Shown here: in pieces, positions 1 to 11,100 of the stretch | How the letters are laid out: every line of letters starts with the position of its first letter | Numbering within the stretch: position 1 is the stretch's first letter | Source: a virus | IMG/VR virus record: IMGVR_UViG_3300030109_006161 | Location: 1-64,000 of that record | Direction: 5' to 3' (one strand) | Length of the DNA stretch: 64,000 nt | Made by a program: the position numbers and the translations under genes | Notes under the pieces: generated by a model | Databases searched by the model: none | The model's input: the letters and a program-made list of their open reading frames with translations, nothing else | Told to the model about the DNA's origin: nothing

Positions 1-111
1 ATGATCTGGCTGATCTTTTAGTTCCTGAAATCGTTTGTTCATAAATTTTAGAACGCCACCCTCAAAATTGACGAGGACGCCATCCATATCGCTAAAGACT
101 TGGTACTTCAT
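1..111 (-). CDS. HAD-family hydrolase, probable 5'(3')-deoxyribonucleotidase (N-terminal part; runs off window)
   Basis: Not in the ORF track. Hand translation from ATG at 111 gives MKYQVFSDMDGVLVNFEGG..., with HAD motif I (DxDGVL). GGAGG Shine-Dalgarno upstream. Confidence 0.8.
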   Translation of the reverse strand, partial: MKYQVFSDMDGVLVNFEGGVLKFMNKRFQELKDQPDH

Positions 112-130
112 AGGAGCACCTCCCTTCAAC

Positions 131-161
131 ATTATAATACCATATGTTTTTAGTAGGTCAA
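131..161 (-). promoter_or_regulatory. sigma70-type promoter for the HAD gene
   Basis: Minus strand TTGACC-N16-TATTAT with an extended TGn element, overlapping a TATAAT. Intergenic, upstream of GGAGG and ATG. Confidence 0.6.
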
Positions 162-166
162 GAAGT

Positions 167-727
167 TTATTTATCTTCTTGTGCGTCAAGGTAGGCGGCT
201 ATCGCCATCTGTTGCTTTTTCTTTTTTGACTTGCCCTTAAACTGCGGGGCGTCAGACTTGCGAAAATCTTTGACATAATCTCCGGCATCAGAATCTTTAT
301 CAAGTTTTTCTCCGACAACATGATCATACTCAAGATAGTTTTTGATTACGCCAATATAATCTGCAACCTTGGTCATCTTACTTTGAAGCCACGCCGGGTA
401 ATTATCGCCCGAACGAATCATTTGAAACACCTGTGAAGCATCTCGGGCTGTCTTATACATTTGACGCTTTGCCATATCGTCTTCGTGATCATGTGCTTCT
501 GGAATATTGTTTTCTCCAAGATCCTTCGAAGCCGCCACACTGGCATCAAAAGCTTGTTTTGATTTATTCAATATCTGCTGGGCGTTCAGCCCCTCACCAT
601 CTAAACGAACAAGCAAATTAGAAATCTGTGTGATTGCATTCTGCTCCAAATCAGCATCAGAAATTTCATTCAAACTCTTAATGTGTTCTTTGATTAGTTT
701 ACGGATTGTATCTTGTGTTAATTTCAT
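167..727 (-). CDS. hypothetical phage protein, possible internal head protein
   Basis: 186-aa ORF. N-terminus MKLTQDTIRKLIKEHI..LNE, with modules separated by Glu-ending linkers. Preceded by the candidate late motif. Confidence 0.55.
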   Translation of the reverse strand: MKLTQDTIRKLIKEHIKSLNEISDADLEQNAITQISNLLVRLDGEGLNAQQILNKSKQAFDASVAASKDLGENNIPEAHDHEDDMAKRQMYKTARDASQVFQMIRSGDNYPAWLQSKMTKVADYIGVIKNYLEYDHVVGEKLDKDSDAGDYVKDFRKSDAPQFKGKSKKKKQQMAIAAYLDAQEDK

Positions 728-730
728 ACA

Positions 731-1378
731 TTAATTAGGCGGTAAATTATCTATTTTCATCTTTGTTGTAAGAATACCTTTATTGTTCTCATTACGGATT
801 ATGAACTCAGCATACCTAGCAACTACAATAGCATCAGCACGGTCATCAACTCCTTTGGAGTAATTAACCCCATTCCTGTTAAAGGACCACTTAAATTTAG
901 CTCCCTCTTTTTCTATAACCTTTTCAACAACCATCTTTTTTCTTGCCGCACTTTTAGTGCCTCTGGGAAACACCAAACCATAAGAAGTTCTAGCTTTAGA
1001 GACATTTACTAACACTGGCTTAATGCCAAATATTTCAAAACAATTCCAACTAACTAAACCGTTGAATCTAGCTAGTGCAAGTAAAATATTCAAATTACTA
1101 TTGAATCGATGCGACAAACCACGCACAAAATCTTCAATATATATGTGGGTTATATTATACTTCTGGGATAATTGATAGAGTTCTGCTGCTACTGCCTCTG
1201 CCTTGATAAAAGAGTCAGGGTATTCTTTTTTATCTCCAATGTTCCAGTTGTCACTATGAAGTAGTTCCCTGGTCTCTTTAGTAACCTTTTCTCCATTATA
1301 CTCGATTGTATGAGTGGTTGGGTCGCCTAATACGCAAACCCCGATCATAGTAGTAGAAACATCAAGACCTAATATCAT
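731..1378 (-). CDS. RuvC-like Holliday junction resolvase
   Basis: RNase H-fold acidic motifs ILGLDVSTTMIG, IYIED, DDRADAIVVA. Confidence 0.8.
   Translation of the reverse strand: MILGLDVSTTMIGVCVLGDPTTHTIEYNGEKVTKETRELLHSDNWNIGDKKEYPDSFIKAEAVAAELYQLSQKYNITHIYIEDFVRGLSHRFNSNLNILLALARFNGLVSWNCFEIFGIKPVLVNVSKARTSYGLVFPRGTKSAARKKMVVEKVIEKEGAKFKWSFNRNGVNYSKGVDDRADAIVVARYAEFIIRNENNKGILTTKMKIDNLPPN
732..738 (-). promoter_or_regulatory. candidate phage late promoter CTAATTA
   Basis: 4 nt upstream of ATG 727 with no SD. Recurrent motif (see findings). Confidence 0.5.
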
Positions 1379-1389
1379 ACCTCATCTTA

Positions 1390-2583
1390 TCACATGTCAA
1401 GATTTAGTTTAAAGGTAAAATTATCAATTTCTCTTTTTAGGACAGGGTTAGCTAATTTTGCTATACCTAGAAGATTCTTATGTTCGTCAAAAATACCTAT
1501 TTGGCTTATGAAGGTCTGCTTCTGGAACTCATCATCGTAATTACAGTATTGACTCTGTACTGTGTTTTTGATAGCAATGTCTGTAGGTTCCACATAGCCA
1601 TTTCTGCCAGACGAAACTTTACTTGTCCAGTGAGATGAAGAGTATTCAATCCATGTTGGATTCAAAGAATTATTTGCCTCTCCTGCTTGAACTGTCGCAA
1701 ACATGGTCATAGATGGTATTTTTTGTGTACCCTTAAAGCTGACCGAATACAAACTAGCAGTAGCAGATGTTGGGTTGTTTCCGAACTCAAGCCACGTTGG
1801 CTTTGATAAACTGCCGGCACCAAAGTCATCAAGATCGTCTGAAATGGCGGCGGATGAAGTTAGTAATATAAAACCCTCATTGTAAAGAACGACGCCCACA
1901 GTTGAGCCACTAGTAGAACCAACCACTGATATCAACTCGCCATTCTTTCTTTTGTCAATTGCTTCACCAATTAACGTGCCGGTGTGATAGAATTTTAAAC
2001 TAACAGACCCTTTGTCAATACCATCTGAGAAAAATATTGATGGCACCTGAATCATATTAACTGCGCCTGTAACATAACTGCCTGTATAAGAATAACTGTC
2101 ACTAAGATACTTGTAGTAATTCATTGTGTTTTTTAGAGATATTAATGCTTTCCTTGAATCAGCATATTCGTCTAGTTGCTGCTCATATACAGCTTCGGAT
2201 CCAGGTCCGATACCAAGAGTTGGAAGATCTAGTCCTGTAAAGTAATGACGACCTATAGAAGATGTCATAGGATAGGAACCGTTGATCTGAGTACCAGCAG
2301 CAACTTCGTTATAGGCAGACCCAGTTATCGTTCTAGAGCCCAAATTCATAGTATTATAAAAACCATCTTTGATTATGAATGGTTGAATAAGTGATTGATT
2401 TGTGCCGTCTCGATCTACATTGTATTCGTACAAGCTAACAGTGCCTGTAGGAATGTTTCTACCCAAATCTCTTTCATTGTTTAGGTATGCGGCACCCTTA
2501 TATAAGACAAATTCATATGATGGTTTTGCCACCATACGATTTATCAGTATATCATCGGGACCAAACGAATGAAGGTAGGACAT
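1390..2583 (-). CDS. putative baseplate/tail structural protein
   Basis: 397 aa, S/T/G-rich. C-terminal FISQIGIFDEHKNLLGIAKLANP is shared with the neighbour 2596-3669. Located in the baseplate block. Confidence 0.55.
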   Translation of the reverse strand: MSYLHSFGPDDILINRMVAKPSYEFVLYKGAAYLNNERDLGRNIPTGTVSLYEYNVDRDGTNQSLIQPFIIKDGFYNTMNLGSRTITGSAYNEVAAGTQINGSYPMTSSIGRHYFTGLDLPTLGIGPGSEAVYEQQLDEYADSRKALISLKNTMNYYKYLSDSYSYTGSYVTGAVNMIQVPSIFFSDGIDKGSVSLKFYHTGTLIGEAIDKRKNGELISVVGSTSGSTVGVVLYNEGFILLTSSAAISDDLDDFGAGSLSKPTWLEFGNNPTSATASLYSVSFKGTQKIPSMTMFATVQAGEANNSLNPTWIEYSSSHWTSKVSSGRNGYVEPTDIAIKNTVQSQYCNYDDEFQKQTFISQIGIFDEHKNLLGIAKLANPVLKREIDNFTFKLNLDM

Positions 2584-2595
2584 CCATACCCCCTT

Positions 2596-3669
2596 CTAGT
2601 AATCGTTCCTGACTCTTAGGATCAACTCGCCAGCGGGTGTCTTTTTCAAAGGCTCGCTGAGTTTGGCAACACTTAGCAAAGCGTTGTCTTCACTATAGAG
2701 ACCCACTGTAGTAATGTAAGAGACTGGGTTATCCGCAGACACTTCTTTGACTCTCATTTTGCTAGCACTAAGATATGTGGGGTTGCTACTGAAGTTGAAA
2801 TCACCATTATTTATTCTACAAAAATAAATTGTAGAGTTTAGTTCTGTAGTATTATTAAAGCTGATGTTTTGAATCCTGTGTCTGAACGCATCACATGCGC
2901 CGCTAATACTACTGCTAACCAAAAGATTGAGCGGCTTGAGTCCAGCAGACGTCATTTCACAATCTTCTACAAACGCAGGTTGGAAAACAGACGCAGTTAT
3001 GACTGCAACGCCAGCTTGATAGAATACCAAACCGCAAGGTTTTGGCGAAGCTCCAGGGAACCCAGAACCAGTACCATACAGGATATTGAATTCACCAGCA
3101 GGAGAATTTGTTTTATATGCATTTGGACCATCTTTATCAAAAACAGTTAGAGTTTTTGCAAAAGGATTTGCAAAGGAAGCACTCACGCCAAGAATTGCCG
3201 TGAAACCATCAGCCTGTTTTTGAATCTCATCTTTTGTGAGAAGCCTTGCAAAGTTGATAACAAAAACTTCATTCATGTTGTCAGCAGCAATACCACTTGT
3301 AAAGTTACCGCTGACGTTTAGACGATTGATACTTCCTGTGCTATCGTACCCGGCAAGCATTTGCCCTAGTTCGTTATATATGTCATTTTTCTGATCTCGC
3401 ATACTGATGACAAGTGAACCCGAAAGAAGAGAATCTGTTACCCATCCAGCGGTTAGATCAAAAATGTGGTTAGCCGATGAACTTAGATACGGATAATCAT
3501 AAACAGACTGGAACATACCGTGAGTATAGTTCTTAATGTTGTTCTCGTTTGGGAAAGTACCATAAGTTCCAGATATAATTGTCCCGGTTAGAGGAATTGA
3601 CTCGTGAAGTTTAGTACGAGTGTTCGTAATATCTGTATTTGTATTTAATGTTTTAAAACTAGTCGCCAT
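2596..3669 (-). CDS. putative baseplate/tail structural protein
   Basis: 357 aa. C-terminal YITTVGLYSEDNALLSVAKLSEP is paralogous to 1390-2583. Confidence 0.55.
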   Translation of the reverse strand: MATSFKTLNTNTDITNTRTKLHESIPLTGTIISGTYGTFPNENNIKNYTHGMFQSVYDYPYLSSSANHIFDLTAGWVTDSLLSGSLVISMRDQKNDIYNELGQMLAGYDSTGSINRLNVSGNFTSGIAADNMNEVFVINFARLLTKDEIQKQADGFTAILGVSASFANPFAKTLTVFDKDGPNAYKTNSPAGEFNILYGTGSGFPGASPKPCGLVFYQAGVAVITASVFQPAFVEDCEMTSAGLKPLNLLVSSSISGACDAFRHRIQNISFNNTTELNSTIYFCRINNGDFNFSSNPTYLSASKMRVKEVSADNPVSYITTVGLYSEDNALLSVAKLSEPLKKTPAGELILRVRNDY

Positions 3670-3681
3670 GTTTATATCCTA

Positions 3682-4701
3682 TTATCCTGTATATTTCAAC
3701 AATTTAAGTGGTATCTCCAGACGAGAACCTGTAGTCATGCCTGTGATTCTAATTACAGTGTTGATGAATTTGAAACTAAGACCAAGAGCAGAAATAGTGA
3801 CAGTGCCTCCGAGAGTGTCAAATAGGTGCGTGCTGTTTTGCAACTGTACATCATTATTTGAGCGTAGGCTAAAAATTAGTCTAGATCCAAGTCTTCCTGT
3901 CTGATCGTTTAGTCCAATGACCGATCTTTCTACTCTTGTTACTCCATTACCTTGAACCAGTTCATAAGCTGGTTGAGCGTTACCGCCATTACCGCCAGCT
4001 TGAGAGGCAAAATACCCACTGTTTCTCTCAAGGTTCAACATATAAGAAGCTATATTGTCATCATCAATAAAAGATGGTTGTGCTACTGGTCGTGGATTTG
4101 CGCCGGTGGTGGTTGCTACTGATATCAGGCGGTTATCTACCTCGACCATATACCCCGTTTCAAACAAGCTTTGTTGTTGCTCGTTAGTACCAAACAACAG
4201 ACCCACTGATAAGTCGCCTGTATCCAAACCTTGATCGCAAATAATTCTAGATTCTTCGGCGGTTGCACCAGGGTGAGCGAAGCGATAGCCTGAGCTTGTC
4301 GCTGTGTCAAGGGCATTTGATATTTGAGTTGATGTAGTAGAATCTACTGAAACATAATAACCTCCGGGAACATCGACGGAAGTTGAGGAATCATTTTTGG
4401 TATTAAGCTTTACTACGGGAAGATATAGTAAAGAATTATCGCTATAAGACACTAAACGATTTTTTAGAGATGTTACGTTGTTTGTAAATGCTTCAAAAAC
4501 AGGTAACTTAAGAATTCTCAGATCTTCATACCCAGACCCGCTAACAGGTGATGTGTCATATAAAGAGTAGTCAATTTCATCATCGCCAACAGCAAATTTT
4601 GTAATTCGAAAACTGCCGTCGCCAAGCGCTAAGCGGCGACGACCTTCATCAGTCAAAACCGCATCAAGTATAATATCACCACTATTGTCTAAAAATCCCA
4701 T
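3682..4701 (-). CDS. putative baseplate/tail-fibre attachment protein
   Basis: 339 aa. N-terminal VLTDEGRRRLALG..ITKFAVGDDEIDY resembles tail-collar/baseplate N-termini. Paralogous to 11565-12494. Confidence 0.55.
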   Translation of the reverse strand: MGFLDNSGDIILDAVLTDEGRRRLALGDGSFRITKFAVGDDEIDYSLYDTSPVSGSGYEDLRILKLPVFEAFTNNVTSLKNRLVSYSDNSLLYLPVVKLNTKNDSSTSVDVPGGYYVSVDSTTSTQISNALDTATSSGYRFAHPGATAEESRIICDQGLDTGDLSVGLLFGTNEQQQSLFETGYMVEVDNRLISVATTTGANPRPVAQPSFIDDDNIASYMLNLERNSGYFASQAGGNGGNAQPAYELVQGNGVTRVERSVIGLNDQTGRLGSRLIFSLRSNNDVQLQNSTHLFDTLGGTVTISALGLSFKFINTVIRITGMTTGSRLEIPLKLLKYTG

Positions 4702-4740
4702 AACGTTTCCCTTGTTTGAATCTTACAAATTGATTCCTAA

Positions 4741-4747
4741 TAAATAG
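4741..4747 (-). promoter_or_regulatory. candidate phage late promoter CTATTTA
   Basis: In the 70-nt gap upstream of gene 3682-4701. Recurrent motif. Confidence 0.5.
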
Positions 4748-4771
4748 TTCCAATTTATCAATTTCATTCAT

Positions 4772-7700
4772 TTATGTTTGACCGCCGATGATTTCACCAT
4801 CAACCTTTACAATAAAATTGATTTTCAAATCAAATATTTTACCAGTATCTTTTGATGTAAAACGAACGACCATAGTCTGATCCTCTACTGACTCTCCTAA
4901 ACTGGAAGCTAAACTTCTAACTCCAATAAACCGATCCCCATCTTGCTGTATTGTTGGGAGTGACTGGATATTAGAAGCTTCAATTTTCACAAACCTAGTA
5001 AGATTTTTAGTCGCTGTTTTAGTCGATATTTTTCTTGGTTCAACTCGGTCTATTTCCGGGACAATCAAACCTTTATCCAGAACAAGTTTTATTCTATAAA
5101 TTTGACTTGGGTTAGAAACATTCCCATGACGATCATGAACCACAACGGTGTAAAAATAATCAACATTAGGAGATAGATTATCAAGCACATCGTAAGACCT
5201 GACATATTGAACTTCCATGTCTGATTGATCTCTTAAGTCCCTGTCTGTTGAAAACCTTCTTACCAAAACTTTATCGTTTGTATTTGGGTCGAAAGATTTA
5301 TATAATTCGTTATAGCTCTCAACATCAAAATCCATTCTTGTTGTTCGATATATTGCTATATTTTTTACATCCCGGATTGATTCATTGGCAAATTCTAGCT
5401 TACCTTCTGGAAGTTCATAATTGGTAAACTCACTTTGATACTCGTATAACTCTTCTAGGTTATTAGCTGCATCGCCAATAGAAACAACCTCTAAGGCGTT
5501 CTTACCAATATAAGATCCAATCTGAGGATTTATGTTTATGGCAAACTGACTAGCGTTGCCAACCAGTGGGAAAAAATTAACCTCTGGTGGTGATGGCGGG
5601 CGATCTAAAACTTTTGCTTTCGGATAAGATGTACCACCTGGTTTATTGGCTGCAAATGGAGCCGTTATTCTAACTTGTCTATAAAATTCATCTTGATAAA
5701 TTGGTATTTCATATATTGAAATATCTGGCTCTTCGTCTACATAAAATTCAAACTTTAGCTGGGCGTTGAGTGCTAAACCAGATTCATACACTAACCAACT
5801 TAAGGTTCTATCCGCTTCTTCTTTAGTCGCAATCGGTAAAATATTCTTCACCATTGTTAGGTCAAGTAATGGAGCAATTGCTGCTAACTTATATTTTGTA
5901 CCATAAACAACTCTGTACTCATGTAGCTCATACTTATATTCCCTACCATACATAATCTGCGTATCTATATAGGAAGTTACAAGAGGGCTGGCCTGAGTTT
6001 CAGGAGAGTTTCCAATTATAATATTTTGTGTGGGAACACTGTTAGCTCTACTTGGATCTGTTTTATTTATCCTATATGCCAAAACTTCACTAGGAGTAAT
6101 ATAATGGTTGTAGTTCAATATAGAATTGTAAGCTAAGTTAGAAAAACTTTCACCTCTACGCTCAATATCACGCAAAATGTTTGTGCAGCGAGAAGCCTGA
6201 TTCGCTGTTAAGACTCCTTGCTGATAGGGTTCGTCTTTCTCTCTTAATCCTCCTGGAGTATTGAGCGGCTTATTCTCCATCAATACTAGAACATCACCAA
6301 TGCCGGCATTAGAAGCGTTTCGAATCAAAACGGCAGGATCAAAAACTCTCATTGATAGCTCTAATCCTCTAACTCCATAGTCTCGTACAAAAGAAGACTC
6401 TAACTGTTCGCCAGCACTGGAACCTGATGTAGCTATATAAGTTGTAATAACTTCCTTAGGTGCTCTAGATGCCTGTCCTCCTTGCAGGATTGTAGACAAT
6501 ATAGGACTACTAATATTGTTCTCCCACATTTGACGACCTACATCACCAACAGGTTCCCTAGTAAAACTAACTTGTGTAAACATGGGGTTGGTGAAACGAT
6601 TTCTCATAACCTCAGAAAACATGTCAGTTTCACTTGATGGTATTACTACATTTCGTGTCATCGCTCCGATTTGACTTGCAACAACTCTGTTAAACCTAGG
6701 TATACCTTCAAATCTGTTAGACACGACTGAACCGTAAGTATTGTAATAATCTGCTGTTAAGTTGCCCCTACATGTAGCAACATTGTTTGCAATTCTCTTG
6801 TCAAGAGTGATAAACGTATCATACTTTTCTTTCTGAGCCACAGGAACGTTTGAGTCTAGTTGAGTAAATATGTTTCGAATATAAGCATTCGGTAAAGCAT
6901 TATCATAGGGAGCAACCTCATCATTTATTTGGGAAGAAGACACACCAAGTTCATACTCAGGATAATAATTGTTATAAGAACTTTTGATTCCTGCTTCATA
7001 ACCTCCTTGAAAAACATCACTTACTCGATCGGTTAAGTATGCCTGCGTTTTTTTTGTTGTTACATAGGGGTTCTCAATTGTTAAATTAAGGTGATTATAC
7101 TCCCTGACTGTATCTGCTGATGGTGACAACAATGCATCTTGAATAAGATATTGTTTATCCTGAGGCATGGATTTTATCATTGCCACAGACAACATATAGT
7201 AGTAAAATCTTATCAAGGTAGCTCTAGTGGAATATTGTACTGAATTATTTACTACTCCTTGTTCGTAGTCTTTAAGTCCATTAAACCTAGCCTCTGAAAG
7301 GTTTTGTATTTCTTGAATTCTTGTAATAAGATCACGAATTATATCCCGCACAGATGTGTTTTCCGGGAAACTATCAATATATGCTTGTCTGCCTCTGTTA
7401 GATGTTAATGACCTATCTCTATCAGATCTTGTTAGTCTGAAAGTTGTCGAACCCTCCCGGACGACTTGTGTCAAATTACCAAATATAAAGGTGCTTAGCT
7501 CTTCACCGTCTGGTCCAGAATTCAAAAACCCTAAAAACAAATAGAAATTAAACTCTACACCTATTTCTTCCGTTGGGCTTCTTGCCTGAAGATATTGGCT
7601 TAGTTCACTATTATCGTCGTTGATTGCCTGGATAATGGCAGATGCATTAAGCACCACTTGATCTATTAATTCTCCGGATAAACTTGACAGGGTTCCATCT

Positions 7701-8101
7701 TTATTTTGATAAACGTATGGATTATTAGAAGCAGAAGATCTACCTAATTCTCTCTGAGCTTCTTCTCTTGTGGCAGAATGCAACTCTCCAAAAGCAGAAA
7801 AAACAAATTGTCCGAAATCAAATGGATCAGCAGGAGCAAATTCTCCTTCGGGATCAGCCGTACCACCAGCGTTCCAAATGATATGAGGTAAATTGTTGCG
7901 TATTGCGCCCACGGTAAACTCTCGTAATCCACTGACATATAGCCTATCGTCTACGAGGTTACCAAACATATCACGAAAACCTGGTTCGTGTCTTAGCGCT
8001 AAAGTCCTTTCACCTAATCCTGTTTGTGTATAATATTTTGTTAAAGGATCTTTTTGATTATTCCTTCCAACATTTTGAATATTTATTAACCTTCTACCCA
8101 T
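4772..8101 (-). CDS. large hypothetical protein, probably virion-associated, with FN3/Ig-like C-terminal segments
   Basis: 1109-aa ORF. YIDTQIMYGREYKY and DNLSPNVDYFYTVVVHDRHGNVSNPS resemble FN3 strands. Confidence 0.5.
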   Translation of the reverse strand: MGRRLINIQNVGRNNQKDPLTKYYTQTGLGERTLALRHEPGFRDMFGNLVDDRLYVSGLREFTVGAIRNNLPHIIWNAGGTADPEGEFAPADPFDFGQFVFSAFGELHSATREEAQRELGRSSASNNPYVYQNKDGTLSSLSGELIDQVVLNASAIIQAINDDNSELSQYLQARSPTEEIGVEFNFYLFLGFLNSGPDGEELSTFIFGNLTQVVREGSTTFRLTRSDRDRSLTSNRGRQAYIDSFPENTSVRDIIRDLITRIQEIQNLSEARFNGLKDYEQGVVNNSVQYSTRATLIRFYYYMLSVAMIKSMPQDKQYLIQDALLSPSADTVREYNHLNLTIENPYVTTKKTQAYLTDRVSDVFQGGYEAGIKSSYNNYYPEYELGVSSSQINDEVAPYDNALPNAYIRNIFTQLDSNVPVAQKEKYDTFITLDKRIANNVATCRGNLTADYYNTYGSVVSNRFEGIPRFNRVVASQIGAMTRNVVIPSSETDMFSEVMRNRFTNPMFTQVSFTREPVGDVGRQMWENNISSPILSTILQGGQASRAPKEVITTYIATSGSSAGEQLESSFVRDYGVRGLELSMRVFDPAVLIRNASNAGIGDVLVLMENKPLNTPGGLREKDEPYQQGVLTANQASRCTNILRDIERRGESFSNLAYNSILNYNHYITPSEVLAYRINKTDPSRANSVPTQNIIIGNSPETQASPLVTSYIDTQIMYGREYKYELHEYRVVYGTKYKLAAIAPLLDLTMVKNILPIATKEEADRTLSWLVYESGLALNAQLKFEFYVDEEPDISIYEIPIYQDEFYRQVRITAPFAANKPGGTSYPKAKVLDRPPSPPEVNFFPLVGNASQFAININPQIGSYIGKNALEVVSIGDAANNLEELYEYQSEFTNYELPEGKLEFANESIRDVKNIAIYRTTRMDFDVESYNELYKSFDPNTNDKVLVRRFSTDRDLRDQSDMEVQYVRSYDVLDNLSPNVDYFYTVVVHDRHGNVSNPSQIYRIKLVLDKGLIVPEIDRVEPRKISTKTATKNLTRFVKIEASNIQSLPTIQQDGDRFIGVRSLASSLGESVEDQTMVVRFTSKDTGKIFDLKINFIVKVDGEIIGGQT

Positions 8102-8107
8102 TTTATT

Positions 8108-11100
8108 CTAGTATCCTGTTGTAAATAGAGAGCTAGTCACAGTTTCATTTACATTCATATTATCTATTTCCGGCTCAAATTCAAACTCTGTATTATTGGT
8201 CGTGCCTCCGCCAAGATAAAAATACTGATTATATAAAGGCATTCTAAAAGTTTCATCAAGATTAAAAATTCTAGCTACTTGTTGTATTTGTTCTCTATTA
8301 AGTTGTGAAGATAGCATATCTACATAATCAGATGACTGCAATTGACGCACACGACACAACAACTGACCACGCAGGTCACTTTTTTGTAATAGAGATATTG
8401 CATCACTTGATAATTGTCTCCATCTTGGTAGTCCTAGTTTTTTAGAAGAGGTATAAGGTGTTTGCATATCTGCATATGTTTCGTCATTTACTTCTAAGTC
8501 ATCAAACCCATCTAAGTATTCAACAACACATAACTGCTTGTAATTCATCCAAAAAGCCAAAAAGTTTACATAAGATTTCATGGGATCAAGAGCTTGTTGG
8601 TAAGGTGGTATGTCCTCATCATCACTATAAAAGCTAACTAAATCTTTTGAATCATCACTCATTATAGGATCGCCAAGCCTTGGACGGCAAACATCAAATG
8701 AAAGACCTGATTCAAAATCTCCTAGAGGCAATACATCAGGTGTAGAAGAAATAGCTAACATGCTTTTTATTTGATTAGGCATTTCGCTAATAGGGCTTTC
8801 TTCTATTTTTTCTTTTATGTTGGATTGGTTGATACCTAGAACTTTTCTCAAATCCGTAAAAGAGTTATAAGATGTATTAATTTTTGATACGTCACTAACT
8901 TTACCATTGATTTCCATTTCTGATAATAAAGAAAATGCTAATTTTATTGGCTTACTGCTAAGCTGTTTGCGAGTATCTAAATCTAACACAGAAGCTGCTA
9001 ATTGTAATTGGTCTTTATTCTTAATAGCAAGGTTCACTAATGATATATAAGATTGAGCCTCTAAAGAATTAAGACCTCCCAAAATAGTAGGAATTAGAGG
9101 GAGTCCTCTTTTATTATTGCACTCATCGTCGCCATCTGTTACAGTGGTATCTTGATCACCTGTAATTACACGAGGTGGTTCAAAACTTTCCGTGATGGAA
9201 TCTGAAATAGTTACTCCGTATTTGTCTAATAAAAGTTTAGACGCCCCGGAAAAAAGTCTATTGCTTTTTGTTTGTTTCTTTAGTTTAAGTGACAAATCGG
9301 GATAGAAAATACCCTTATCTTTGGTCTTTGTTTTTATCTCTACAATATCTTCCAACAATAATGCATATCTATCAAGATCATAATTTACAGATAACCCATT
9401 AGAGTCACCATATGATGGTTGAAATATAGTTTCCCTATTCGGGGAATATATGGCAAAGGGAGTAAAATATGAATAGGAGGAATTCAAGTATGAACCTGGT
9501 GGTATTGGTACCGTAGAACCCTGTCCCGTTTGAAAGTATTTCTTAAATTCATCGTTCATACGATTTTCATAACTCTCAATTGATATAGAAGGAAGACCTT
9601 CTTCATCAATATTAGCACCAACATAGTCCAGACCAAAGTTATAATCTTTACCTATTTCCACAGTGTTATTAAAAATATGTGTCGCTACACTAAAAGGAGT
9701 CCTATATGCTGGGAGTGTTCCCATTCTGGGGGACCTCTTTGATAAGTCTGGCTGATAACCGTATGGATCGTTTGGATAAGTTTTTAGAAGCTTCTTTGTG
9801 ATAAAATCAATCCCTACCTGTACCATCTGCTGTAGTCCTGAAAGTAACGATATGTTTATCTTACCAAAGTTTTTCTCCATGGCAGTAGCATAAATTTCAG
9901 CTAAATTTATCTTTTCATCTGAAGTGTTGAAGTTATTAATAAGACGGTCGTACTCCTGAACAAGATCTATAATATAATTGTATAATGTTGGTCCTTGAGT
10001 ACCGTCAGGATTTACAGTAACAATATCCTCAAGACTCGACAATAGAACACCTGTATTAGAAAGACTTACAAGCGCCCCAGAAGAATCTCTGAATCTGCCT
10101 CTTGTTAGGTCTTGATAAGATTTATCTATGTCCGATTTAATTTTTGTAAATCTATTTGAAACATTCCTTAAAAATTTACAAGAACTATCATAAACCGAAT
10201 ACTCAATCTCGTATCTAAACAAACCATTTATTTGTCTGTTTGGTTGAGACTCTGGATTGATAATATCTATTGCTTCAAAATATTGGATTCTTTTACTTTC
10301 TGTATCTGATGTCGAAAAATCGACAGGCTTAGCCATCTTAAGAGGCACCCTAGGAAATGCTTCACTGGGTTTTATTGGTACATTTTTAGATGTTGTTCCT
10401 AGAGAATTTGATGACCCAACAGCAGTTGGAGAGCAGAATCTTCTATAAACAGTTATGTCCTTGATAGAAGATAATTCTTTAGGTGCTAAAGGCGACAAGC
10501 CAGATATCATAGCTTCTGATAATTCTTCCTTATCATATAAAAAAGGATGCGAACTATTTTCTGACAGGTAAGAAGCTAGATCAATGGCAAAAAGAAGTCT
10601 ATTGTTGTTCTGATTATCTCTAGTGATCCAAAGTTCAGAAACATAATTTGAACTACTAATAACTTTCCGCAAGTCATTTTTTCTTGTCCCAAGAGAATTT
10701 AATAGTCTATTCTTTGTACCAATAAAACTCTCAGAAGTCAATGAATCAAGTGATAACACACTAACAGGTTCAAACAATTTAAGTTTGTTACTGTCCGTAT
10801 CATTATTTGATGTGCTTCCCAGCATACTAACAAACACATTTTCATTTGATATCGGTAAAAATAAATTCTTTGTGCCCCTAAGACATAAAGATTCAATCCT
10901 TGAGACTCCTGTATTTATTACAAAGTCTAGCTGAGTATCTGTGTTTGCTAAGCTTGGGTTATATACGAACGCATATACTGATAAATTACTAAAATCTACT
11001 CCTTGGTTTGCAAAATTTATAGAAATATCTTTTAGCATGACCTCTAGACTGTTAGTATTTTGTTTTGTTACCTCAATACTCCCATCTGATTTTCTCATCA

